Shown here: positions 52,515-60,455 of the stretch, one piece after another
Layout of the letters: the number at the start of each line of letters is the position of its first letter
How positions within the stretch are numbered: the stretch's first letter is position 1
IMG/VR virus record: IMGVR_UViG_3300002131_000090
Location: 82,633-146,632 of that record
Source: a virus
DNA: 64,000 nucleotides
Reading direction: 5' to 3' (one strand)
Program-made: the position numbers and the translations under genes
The notes under the pieces: generated by a model
What the model was told of the DNA's origin: nothing
Database searches by the model: none
Seen by the model: only the letters and a program-made list of their open reading frames with translations

Positions 52515-53528
52515 TTGTTTAAAAAAGCAGCAGTATTTACTGACATCCATTACGGTATGAAAGGTAATAGTCGTGTTCACAATCAAGATTGTGAAGAATT
52601 TGTTGATTGGTTTATTAAAAACGCAAAAGATAACGGTTGTGAAACTGGTATCTTTTGTGGAGACTGGAATCATAACCGTAATGCATTGAATTTGACTACT
52701 ATGGATTCAGGGTTACGTGCATTAGAAAAACTAGGTGCTGCATTTGAACAGTTTTATATGTTTGCAGGCAATCACGATTTGTATTATAAAGACAAACGTG
52801 ATGTAAAAAGTACTGAATTTGCAAAACATATTCCTGGTATTACAGTAATCAACGAAACATTTGTTAAAGACGATGTTGCACTAGTACCTTGGTTAGTCGG
52901 CGATGAGTGGAAAAGCATTCCTAAGATAAAAGCAAAGTATCTTTTTGGACATTTTGAACTTCCTAGCTTCTATATGAACGCTATGGTTCAAATGCCCGAT
53001 CACGGAGAACTTAAAAGTGAACATTTTGTTAATCAAGAGTACGTGTTTAGTGGTCACTTCCATAAAAGACAGGTTTTAGGTAAGATTCATTACATAGGAA
53101 ATGCTTTTCCACATAACTATGCTGATGCATGGGACGATGCACGTGGTATGATGATACTTGATAAAGAAAATAACAAAGATCCAGAGTACATTAACTGGAT
53201 TGATTGTCCTAAGTATCGTACAACAACACTATCAAAGCTAATTGATGACAAAGATACACTTGTTAAAGACAAAATGTATCTAAGAGTTATAATCGATCTA
53301 CCTATTAGCTATGAAGAAGCTACTTTTGTTAAAGAATCGTTTATTCAAGAGTATAATTGCAGAGAGATTACACTGATTCCTCAGAAGAACATCGAAGAAT
53401 ATAATTCTGCTGTAGACATTGGACAGTTTGAGAGTGTAGATCAAATTGTTAGTAATGAAATTATGTCTATCGACAGTGAAAATTATAACAAATCACTTTT
53501 ATTAAACATTTATAGCGGATTACAATGA
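52515..53528 (+). CDS. gp47: recombination nuclease subunit gp47 (Mre11/SbcD-like)
   Basis: Metallophosphoesterase motifs TDIH, GDWNH, GNHD, GHF, SGHFH; TTG start with GGAG RBS. Confidence 0.9.
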   Translation: MFKKAAVFTDIHYGMKGNSRVHNQDCEEFVDWFIKNAKDNGCETGIFCGDWNHNRNALNLTTMDSGLRALEKLGAAFEQFYMFAGNHDLYYKDKRDVKSTEFAKHIPGITVINETFVKDDVALVPWLVGDEWKSIPKIKAKYLFGHFELPSFYMNAMVQMPDHGELKSEHFVNQEYVFSGHFHKRQVLGKIHYIGNAFPHNYADAWDDARGMMILDKENNKDPEYINWIDCPKYRTTTLSKLIDDKDTLVKDKMYLRVIIDLPISYEEATFVKESFIQEYNCREITLIPQKNIEEYNSAVDIGQFESVDQIVSNEIMSIDSENYNKSLLLNIYSGLQ

Positions 53529-55303
53529 TCAAAATTCAAGACTTAACAGTTAAAAACTTTATGAGTGTGGGCAATGTTACTCAGGCCGTTAACTTTAATC
53601 GAGAACAGCTTACTTTGGTGCTTGGAGAAAACTTAGACCAAGGCGGAGACGATAGCGGATCACGCAACGGTACTGGTAAAACTACAATCATCAACGGTTT
53701 AAGCTATGCATTGTACGGTCAAGCATTAACTAACATTAAAAGAAACAATTTGATTAACAAAACTAACAGCAAAGGCATGTTGGTTACGTTAAACTTTGAA
53801 AAAGACGGCAACAGTTATCGAATTGAACGTGGAAGATCACCAAACGTACTTAAATTTTATGTAAATGACACAGAACAAGTTGACGATTTAGACGATCACA
53901 GCCAAGGCGACAGTAGAGAAACACAAAAAGCAATCAATACACTGTTAAACATGAGTCACGATATGTTTAAACATATTGTAGCACTTAATACTTACACAGA
54001 ACCGTTTCTTAGTATGCGTACCAATGAACAACGAGCAATTATTGAACAGCTTCTTGGAATTACCATACTTAGTGAGAAAGCAGAACTGCTTAAAGAGCAA
54101 GTTCGTATTACAAAAGATACTATCACAGAAGAAACTCTAAAGATTAATGCTATTCAAGCAAGTAACGAGAAGATTAAACAAAGTATTGACACACTTATTG
54201 GTAGACAACGTGCTTGGGAAAGTAAGCGTAGACAAGATTGTAACAACCTTGCAGCTGGTATTGAAGAATTAGAACGAGTAGACATTGACAAAGAGCTTGA
54301 TGCACATGAAAAATTATCAAATTGGACTGAACATAATAATGCTATTAATGCTCTTAGAAAAGAATTAAGTACATTAGAGCCAGCACTGCAACGTGCAGAC
54401 AAAAGTGTTGAAAAACTTGTTAAAGATATTGCAGAACTTAATGATGCAATGTGTTATACATGTGGTCAAGCACTGCACGAAGATAAAAAAGCAGAAATTG
54501 CCGACTGTAAGTCTAAAGAACTTGCTGATGCAAAGACATATGCTCAAGAAGTTAATGCAAAATGTTCAGAAGTTATACTAGCACTAGCTGAAATTGGCGA
54601 TATTAACGGCAAGCCTAATACATTTTACGAAAATGCTAAAGAAGCATACGAACATCGTAACAATGTAGATAATCTTCGTGTAGCATTAGATAATAAACAA
54701 AAGGAAGATGACCCTTATCAATTACAAGTTGATGATTTAAACAACACAGCTATACAAAAGGTAAACTGGGAAATAATAAATCAGCTAACGTCACTGAAAG
54801 AGCATCAAGATTTCTTGTTGAAACTGTTAACAAACAAAGATTCATTTATTAGAAAAAAGATTATTGATCAAAACTTAGCATATCTAAACAACAGACTTAC
54901 ATATTATCTTGATAAGTTAGGCTTACCTCATCTAGTTGTGTTCCAAAATGACTTAAACGTTGAAATTACTCAGCTTGGTCAAGATTTAGACTTTGATAAC
55001 TTGTCACGTGGTGAAAGAAATAGACTCATCCTTGGGTTGAGTTTTGCTTTCCGTGATGTTTGGGAAAATTTATATCAAAATATCAACTTGTTGTTTATTG
55101 ACGAATTGATTGATAGTGGTATGGATGCGTCTGGTGTTGAGAATTCGTTGAGTGTTCTTAAAAAGATGGGTCGCGAACGTAATAAAAATATTTTTCTTAT
55201 TAGTCACAAAGACGAACTGATTGGTAGAGTTAACAATGTTCTTAAAGTTATTAAAGAAAACGGTTTTACTAGCTACGAAAACGATGTTGACATTGTAGAA
55301 TAA
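53525..55303 (+). CDS. gp46: recombination ATPase subunit gp46 (Rad50/SbcC-like)
   Basis: KNFMS, Walker A NGTGKTT, coiled coil with CYTC zinc hook, LSRGE signature, LLFIDE Walker B, ISH. Confidence 0.92.
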   Translation: MIKIQDLTVKNFMSVGNVTQAVNFNREQLTLVLGENLDQGGDDSGSRNGTGKTTIINGLSYALYGQALTNIKRNNLINKTNSKGMLVTLNFEKDGNSYRIERGRSPNVLKFYVNDTEQVDDLDDHSQGDSRETQKAINTLLNMSHDMFKHIVALNTYTEPFLSMRTNEQRAIIEQLLGITILSEKAELLKEQVRITKDTITEETLKINAIQASNEKIKQSIDTLIGRQRAWESKRRQDCNNLAAGIEELERVDIDKELDAHEKLSNWTEHNNAINALRKELSTLEPALQRADKSVEKLVKDIAELNDAMCYTCGQALHEDKKAEIADCKSKELADAKTYAQEVNAKCSEVILALAEIGDINGKPNTFYENAKEAYEHRNNVDNLRVALDNKQKEDDPYQLQVDDLNNTAIQKVNWEIINQLTSLKEHQDFLLKLLTNKDSFIRKKIIDQNLAYLNNRLTYYLDKLGLPHLVVFQNDLNVEITQLGQDLDFDNLSRGERNRLILGLSFAFRDVWENLYQNINLLFIDELIDSGMDASGVENSLSVLKKMGRERNKNIFLISHKDELIGRVNNVLKVIKENGFTSYENDVDIVE

Positions 55304-55318
55304 AGAGCATATAGTTAA

Positions 55319-55567
55319 ATGATAAACAACGATATACATGATCAACTTGTAAAAGAATATTTACAATATTTTAAGGCAAACGAGGCATTTATAGCAAGTC
55401 CTTCGGAGTTAAAACGTAGGACTGCTCGAAAACACTTGAGTAACATTAGGCAACTAGCAAAAATTAGGCGTAAAGAAATTATTGATCACCATGTTGATAA
55501 GTCAAGATGGAATAAGGCAGGACTAGATCCAAAAGTGGCACGTGAGGCTAAAACTAAAAATAACTAA
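55319..55567 (+). CDS. small basic helical protein (Hc1-like, possible nucleic-acid binding)
   Basis: ANEAF...RRTARKHLSNIRQLAKIRRKEI resembles the Hc1-type helical hairpin. Confidence 0.4.
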   Translation: MINNDIHDQLVKEYLQYFKANEAFIASPSELKRRTARKHLSNIRQLAKIRRKEIIDHHVDKSRWNKAGLDPKVAREAKTKNN

Positions 55568-55570
55568 TGT

Positions 55571-56002
55571 ATGAATTGGACATACAAAGGTAAAGAAGTT
55601 ACAGAAATCTCTGAGGAGTTTGAAGGCTTTGTATATCTAATAACCAATTTAACAAATAACCGCAAGTACGTAGGCAAAAAGTTAGCAAGATTTAAAACTA
55701 CCAAACCACCACTCAAAGGCAAAAAAAATAAACGTAGAGGCTACAAAGAAAGCGATTGGCGAGACTATTGGGGATCGTCGGATAAACTTAATGAAGATGT
55801 AGCAACACTAGGCACTGTTAAATTTACAAGAGAAATAATTTATTTTTGTAGAAGTAGAGCTGAACTAAGTTACCTTGAGGCAAGAGAACAATTCGAACGT
55901 AGAGTCCTAGAGACAGATGAGTACTACAATGGTATCATTAACGTTCGTGTAGGCGGTAGTAAAATATTAATTGAAAATTTAAAGGCACAACAGGCTATAT
56001 AA
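55571..56002 (+). CDS. stand-alone GIY-YIG nuclease-domain protein
   Basis: GFVYLITNLTNNRKYVGKK (GIY...YIG), YWGSS, conserved E (LEAREQ), YYN; no C-terminal DNA-binding repeats. Confidence 0.75.
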   Translation: MNWTYKGKEVTEISEEFEGFVYLITNLTNNRKYVGKKLARFKTTKPPLKGKKNKRRGYKESDWRDYWGSSDKLNEDVATLGTVKFTREIIYFCRSRAELSYLEAREQFERRVLETDEYYNGIINVRVGGSKILIENLKAQQAI

Positions 56003-56480
56003 GGGACACTGAAGAAACTCCAAGAGTCAGCCGAGGTAATGCTCGTAGCCGGTGGTGTGGAGAGTCCCCGTGCAGAAGCATACGTAGGCTTTAAAAGATT
56101 TGGGCTCTGAGAAAAAGCAACCCGCAGGCAAGTGATTTCGCTTAATAAGGATTAACTGCCTTCCGTTGATATGTCGAATCGAGAATAGGGGGATACCGGT
56201 CAACCGCCTCCACTTAATGTTAAGTCAAGATTACATTAATCAGTTTAATGTAACGTTGAGATAACATTAAAATTTCTTTTATTAAGATGATTGAAGCAAC
56301 TCGAATGATGTTATTCAGTTATGTTCGCCCTTGCGCGGGCGAATTATGACTTCACAATCTGAATGATATTAAAAGCATATGCCGTTAGCATCTGCCTTAG
56401 TAGTATTGTAATCACAAATACTTAATACGAAGTAAATGTATTGAGCGATAGCGATAATACAGTTGAACGTAGTTCGACTT
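56003..56480 (+). ncRNA. candidate large structured non-coding RNA/element of unknown family
   Basis: No ORF in the track; 50% G+C over 56001-56210 (105/210 counted); more than 10 helices, G-U wobbles favouring the + strand, 8-bp loop-to-distal pairing. Confidence 0.65.
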
Positions 56481-56487
56481 AAAAGAA

Positions 56488-56495
56488 CATAAATA
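56488..56495 (+). promoter_or_regulatory. T4-like late promoter (CATAAATA)
   Basis: TAAATA core upstream of the AAGGA RBS of 56524. Confidence 0.5.
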
Positions 56496-56523
56496 ATAAA
56501 AACAAGTTTAAGGATAGTTCAGA

Positions 56524-57117
56524 ATGAAAATACATGATCTTAATGAGAATATCGAAATTGATGAATTTCTAGGTTTACCTGCATTGACTAAAAAAGGTAG
56601 AATGATTCAACAAGGAAATAAAGCAGTCAAGGGTGTACTAAAAGATGAACTACGTCAGATGGAAGTTGAATTGGCCATCTGGATGAAACAAAGCGGAATA
56701 GCGCAACTAACTGCTGATGACTTACAATCATATCTTGATCAAAAAGGATTAGGCGAAATAGGTCAGCCGGTTATAGCTGCATTACCTGCTAAAGCAGATG
56801 CTAAAGCAGCTAAAATTAAATCAGCAATTGCAGCAAAACAAGCAGCAATGGCACGAGGTGGAATCAAAACTCCAACTGTTAACAACCCTGCACCTACTAT
56901 GGCAACTGTAATGTCAAGTATGTATTCTGAGAACATTGAAGAAGCTCAAGGGACTAGTGCGTTATCTAAAAGAGAAGTACGTAATATATTGAGTACTGTT
57001 TTACAAACAGCATATAAAAAATCAGCTGGATTTAGTAAAAGTTCATTTGCAAATCAACTTGTTGCAAAAACAAAACCACCTGCTTTTAAATCTTCAAGAC
57101 CTAAAGCTAAAGCATAA
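56524..57117 (+). CDS. hypothetical late protein (possible internal head protein)
   Basis: Lys/Ala-rich 197 aa; acidic N-terminus with L/I-x-E sites; late-promoter motif. Confidence 0.6.
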   Translation: MKIHDLNENIEIDEFLGLPALTKKGRMIQQGNKAVKGVLKDELRQMEVELAIWMKQSGIAQLTADDLQSYLDQKGLGEIGQPVIAALPAKADAKAAKIKSAIAAKQAAMARGGIKTPTVNNPAPTMATVMSSMYSENIEEAQGTSALSKREVRNILSTVLQTAYKKSAGFSKSSFANQLVAKTKPPAFKSSRPKAKA

Positions 57118-57118
57118 T

Positions 57119-57349
57119 TTAAAAAAACGGTTGATTTGTTTTCTTAGCAGTGTCTAAGTTCTCTTTAATAAGAGTAGCAATAATTTCTCTTTCCTCGGGA
57201 CTAGTATTATATGCCTCGTCAAGAGACATACCGCCTCGCATAAACCAGCACATCTTAGTTAAGTCGTATTTGAGTTGTTTACTGTTGTCTTCAAGGATCT
57301 TAACTTCAGCAAGAATCTGCTCAATTGGCCAAGTTAAGATCCTTAGGCG
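57119..57349 (-). CDS. tail assembly chaperone C-terminal extension (gpT/gp51-like), reached by predicted -1 frameshift
   Basis: Not in the ORF track. Open -1 frame: RLRILTWPIEQILAEVKILEDNSKQLKYDLTKMCWFMRGGMSLDEAYNTSPEEREIIATLIKENLDTAKKTNQPFF*. Confidence 0.7.
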   Translation of the reverse strand, partial: RLRILTWPIEQILAEVKILEDNSKQLKYDLTKMCWFMRGGMSLDEAYNTSPEEREIIATLIKENLDTAKKTNQPFF

Positions 57350-58188
57350 AAAAAATTTGATTGGTCAAACGTAATTGGAATATCCATTGTAGCTGGTGCA
57401 CCGCGACTTTGTTCGTCTTCATCAAATGTAATTGTCATTGGTTTAATACTAAACTTTTCTCTTTGTTTGTCAATGTGAGAAATTATTCCTGCATAAACAG
57501 TTTTGTCAATGTTGCTGAGAAATTCATCTATGTGCTTTGGATTATCAACTACATCTTCATCTTGAAACTGAATTGCTTTTACACTGTTTATTACTTGTTT
57601 GATATTTAAATCAGTAAGTCTACTAAATGCTTCGTTAAACTTTTGTAATTTATCTAATTCAGACATAGTGTCGTCGTTGACAATTTTAAAAAGTCTTTGT
57701 TCTTCAAAGGACTTTAGTGCAACTTCGGTAAATTTCTTATAAGATATCGGTGCTACTTCAAATTTAAAATCATCTAAAATAATTAAATTGTCGTATGCAG
57801 CACTGGATAATCTATCTAACAAAATTCTTAAATCTAAAGAATAAGTTTTTTCTTCTTCTATTCCTGGAACATTAATACTCATATCCATATTTTCGCCATA
57901 CGTAGCAATGCGTATTGCTATCAGTATAGCATCAATGTCAATACTCGGAACGTTCCAGGCATTTTTAATATTCGGAATACAACTTTGTATAACACTAACT
58001 GTACTCTGTCCGTTTAATAATGCATCTGGTGTTTTAATCATCAACTCGTCTTTTGCAGTCATTGCTAAAACAGGATACTCATTATTTTCAGATATTTCAA
58101 TACTACCCTTGGGATAAAATTCACCGTTACTGGGTAATCTAATAAACAATTTAGGTTGTCTAAAGTGTTTTAGTAAAGGATTGTTCAT
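57343..58188 (-). CDS. gp26: baseplate hub assembly / tail chaperone, T4 gp26-like
   Basis: RLPSNG...AMTAKDELMIK...IDIDAILIAIRIATYGE...ITFDQSNFF. Confidence 0.7.
   Translation of the reverse strand: MNNPLLKHFRQPKLFIRLPSNGEFYPKGSIEISENNEYPVLAMTAKDELMIKTPDALLNGQSTVSVIQSCIPNIKNAWNVPSIDIDAILIAIRIATYGENMDMSINVPGIEEEKTYSLDLRILLDRLSSAAYDNLIILDDFKFEVAPISYKKFTEVALKSFEEQRLFKIVNDDTMSELDKLQKFNEAFSRLTDLNIKQVINSVKAIQFQDEDVVDNPKHIDEFLSNIDKTVYAGIISHIDKQREKFSIKPMTITFDEDEQSRGAPATMDIPITFDQSNFFA
57349..57355 (-). other. -1 ribosomal frameshift slippery heptamer T TTT TTC
   Basis: X XXY YYZ heptamer in frame, one codon before the gp26 stop; the -1 frame stays open for 76 codons. Confidence 0.65.
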
Positions 58189-58203
58189 CTATTATTTTCT
58201 CCG

Positions 58204-58211
58204 GATAAATA
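58204..58211 (+). promoter_or_regulatory. T4-like late promoter (GATAAATA)
   Basis: TAAATA core in the divergent gap upstream of the tape measure gene. Confidence 0.5.
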
Positions 58212-58268
58212 TAGTATAAGTATATATCTGAAAAAAATTATATATGCATTTAATTTGGAAGAAGTAAT

Positions 58269-60455
58269 TTGGCTGATCAAATAGAAATTAGTAATGTAGG
58301 CGGTGGCGGTGTAGCCAGCGAAGCTACACTATTATCGTTAGTAAACGCTGTTAGAAATTCTCGTGGCGCAGTTGCTGGCGTTGCAGGTGCTTCTAACGAT
58401 CAAACAGCAATTCGATTACAACAAGCATATCAACGTTCTCAAAAAACACAAACATCTCAAACAAAAGAATACAACACAGTTTTAAAATCTACAATTGACG
58501 GAGCAATGCGTGCCGGTAAAGCATATGCAGCTGGCGCAGATCGAATAAGTGATTTTAGTAATGCAGTGTTTGGCGGTCAAAGTATAATTTCAAAATTTGT
58601 AGGATATATTGATAATAGTCTTGACAGTTTTAGATCATTAGCCAGCGTTGGCGCATCATTTAGCAATAATATGTTTGATTTTATGCTTGCAGGTGCCGAT
58701 GCTTCTATGTCTTTAGATAGCTTTGTAGGATTTGTTAGAAGCAACAGTAGTGCATTAGCAAAACTTGGAGGTACAGTTTCTCAAGGTGCATCAAGTTTTG
58801 CCAATCTCAGTAGACAGTTTCGTTTAGGCATCGGAAGTACTTTCTTTGAAATGGGAATGACTATAGAAGATGTTAACAGCGGATTGTTAGGATACATGGC
58901 CTTAGAAAATAGAAGAGGCAATAGTCTAAGATTAAATGACAAACAACAAATGTCAGCAGCACAAGATTATATTTTCCAACTAGATAAATTAACAAAACTA
59001 ACTGGACTACAAAGAGAAGCACTAATAGACACTCAGATGGCATTACAAACTGATGCAAAAGTTAGAGGACAAATTACAAGACTTGAGCAATCAGGAAACG
59101 GCGCTCGTGCTAGAGAATTAGAAGCAATATATACACTTCAAAAAACAACACTGCCCGGCTTCCATGATGCATTGCTAGATTTATCAGATGGCGTAGCACA
59201 AAGTCCGATAGGTCAAGCATTAAGAAATGCAATTCCGGGCATTGACGACTTTGCAGTATCAGTGGCAAATGGAAACGTAAGTCAAGACGAATATGTTCGT
59301 CAGATGCAAAAGTATGGACCTCAGCTTGTTAACTATGCTAATAATCTTGACGGTGCAACACTCGATGCGTATAGAGCTGCTGGCGGATTTTATGCAGAAA
59401 TAGCAAACTTAGCAGATAATGCATATCAATTCAGTGAGATAATGCAATTAAACACAGAAGCTGCTAAAGAACAACAAAAAGATAGAGATAGTTTTACTTC
59501 AACTATTGGAAAGTTTCAACAAGCAATACAAGAATCTCGAGCTGCATTATTTCGTTTATTTGTTAGAAGCCCGTTTGCAGAAGCAATAAAAGAGTTAGGT
59601 GTACAAATTTTAAAACTAATAAAACCAGTAAAAAACGGAAGTAGTATATTTGAATCTTTTTTTGAAAAACTAATGGGAAAAAACGGAACCCTTACCAAAG
59701 GCGTTGAATCTTTAACTAAGTTTCTTGATCCAGAAAACCCAGACGGGATAGAATCAGCGTTAGATTCGTTTAACGAATCTTTAAAAGATATTACAGAATT
59801 TATTAAAAAGTTTTTAAGTGATGTTAAAACTGACGGCTTCTTTGCTGCTATTACTAATTCATTTAATAGATTATTTAACGGAGAAGATCCTACTAGCGAT
59901 CCTAACCCTCCACCAACAGGAAGTCAACCTGGGTTCTTTGAAGGTATTTTTGATCAACTACAACAAACATTAACAGACACGTTTGACGACATATTAACAA
60001 GATTTGGCAATGTTTTAGATAAAGTTATGGAAAGAGTAGGAGCTCATATAGTAATTGCCCTTAGCGCATCGCGGTTGTCGTTTGTCTCTCAAGAAAGAAT
60101 AGATGCTGCTAACGCAACGTTAGCAGAGCCTTTTGAGTTTGCTAACGGTTCAGGAGGCTTTAGAGAGTTCGGCGCAGGAACTCCAGCAATATTACACGGT
60201 AACGAAGCTGTTGTTCCTAGAAACTCGTCAGCAGGTCAAATGTTAGCAAGTTCTGGATTGAGCAGTACACCAGGCACAGCTAGTGGTACATACAACAATA
60301 CTGCCAGCTCTGGTATATTAGATGGCTTAAATAGGTTAAATACTACAATGCGTAGTGTTGAGTCATTATTACAACAAGGTAATACTATACAAAAAAGAAC
60401 ACAACGCAATACTGCAGGATTAGGAAATGATATGTTTGTAGGAGTGCCGACATGA
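58269..60455 (+). CDS. tail tape measure protein
   Basis: 728 aa, Ala/Gln/Leu-rich helical protein; C-terminal FANGSGG...LHGNEAVVP motif; adjacent to the frameshifting chaperone. Confidence 0.65.
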   Translation: MADQIEISNVGGGGVASEATLLSLVNAVRNSRGAVAGVAGASNDQTAIRLQQAYQRSQKTQTSQTKEYNTVLKSTIDGAMRAGKAYAAGADRISDFSNAVFGGQSIISKFVGYIDNSLDSFRSLASVGASFSNNMFDFMLAGADASMSLDSFVGFVRSNSSALAKLGGTVSQGASSFANLSRQFRLGIGSTFFEMGMTIEDVNSGLLGYMALENRRGNSLRLNDKQQMSAAQDYIFQLDKLTKLTGLQREALIDTQMALQTDAKVRGQITRLEQSGNGARARELEAIYTLQKTTLPGFHDALLDLSDGVAQSPIGQALRNAIPGIDDFAVSVANGNVSQDEYVRQMQKYGPQLVNYANNLDGATLDAYRAAGGFYAEIANLADNAYQFSEIMQLNTEAAKEQQKDRDSFTSTIGKFQQAIQESRAALFRLFVRSPFAEAIKELGVQILKLIKPVKNGSSIFESFFEKLMGKNGTLTKGVESLTKFLDPENPDGIESALDSFNESLKDITEFIKKFLSDVKTDGFFAAITNSFNRLFNGEDPTSDPNPPPTGSQPGFFEGIFDQLQQTLTDTFDDILTRFGNVLDKVMERVGAHIVIALSASRLSFVSQERIDAANATLAEPFEFANGSGGFREFGAGTPAILHGNEAVVPRNSSAGQMLASSGLSSTPGTASGTYNNTASSGILDGLNRLNTTMRSVESLLQQGNTIQKRTQRNTAGLGNDMFVGVPT

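Noticed and set aside
56186-56215. GGGGG...CCGCCTCCAC resembles a tmRNA/tRNA acceptor end
   Set aside because: No TTCRA T-loop, no CCA end, no tmRNA 5' GGGG...GAC motif or tag ORF found
56003-56480. Retron msr-msd
   Set aside because: No reverse transcriptase in the window and no clear a1/a2 terminal inverted repeat; cannot be excluded for the rest of the genome
55571-56523. Group I intron carrying a GIY-YIG homing endonuclease
   Set aside because: Flanking genes appear intact rather than split exons, and I could not find the conserved P7 (R/S) elements
57150-57374. Plus-strand 74-aa ORF in the track
   Set aside because: Antisense shadow of the minus-strand frameshift extension 57119-57349
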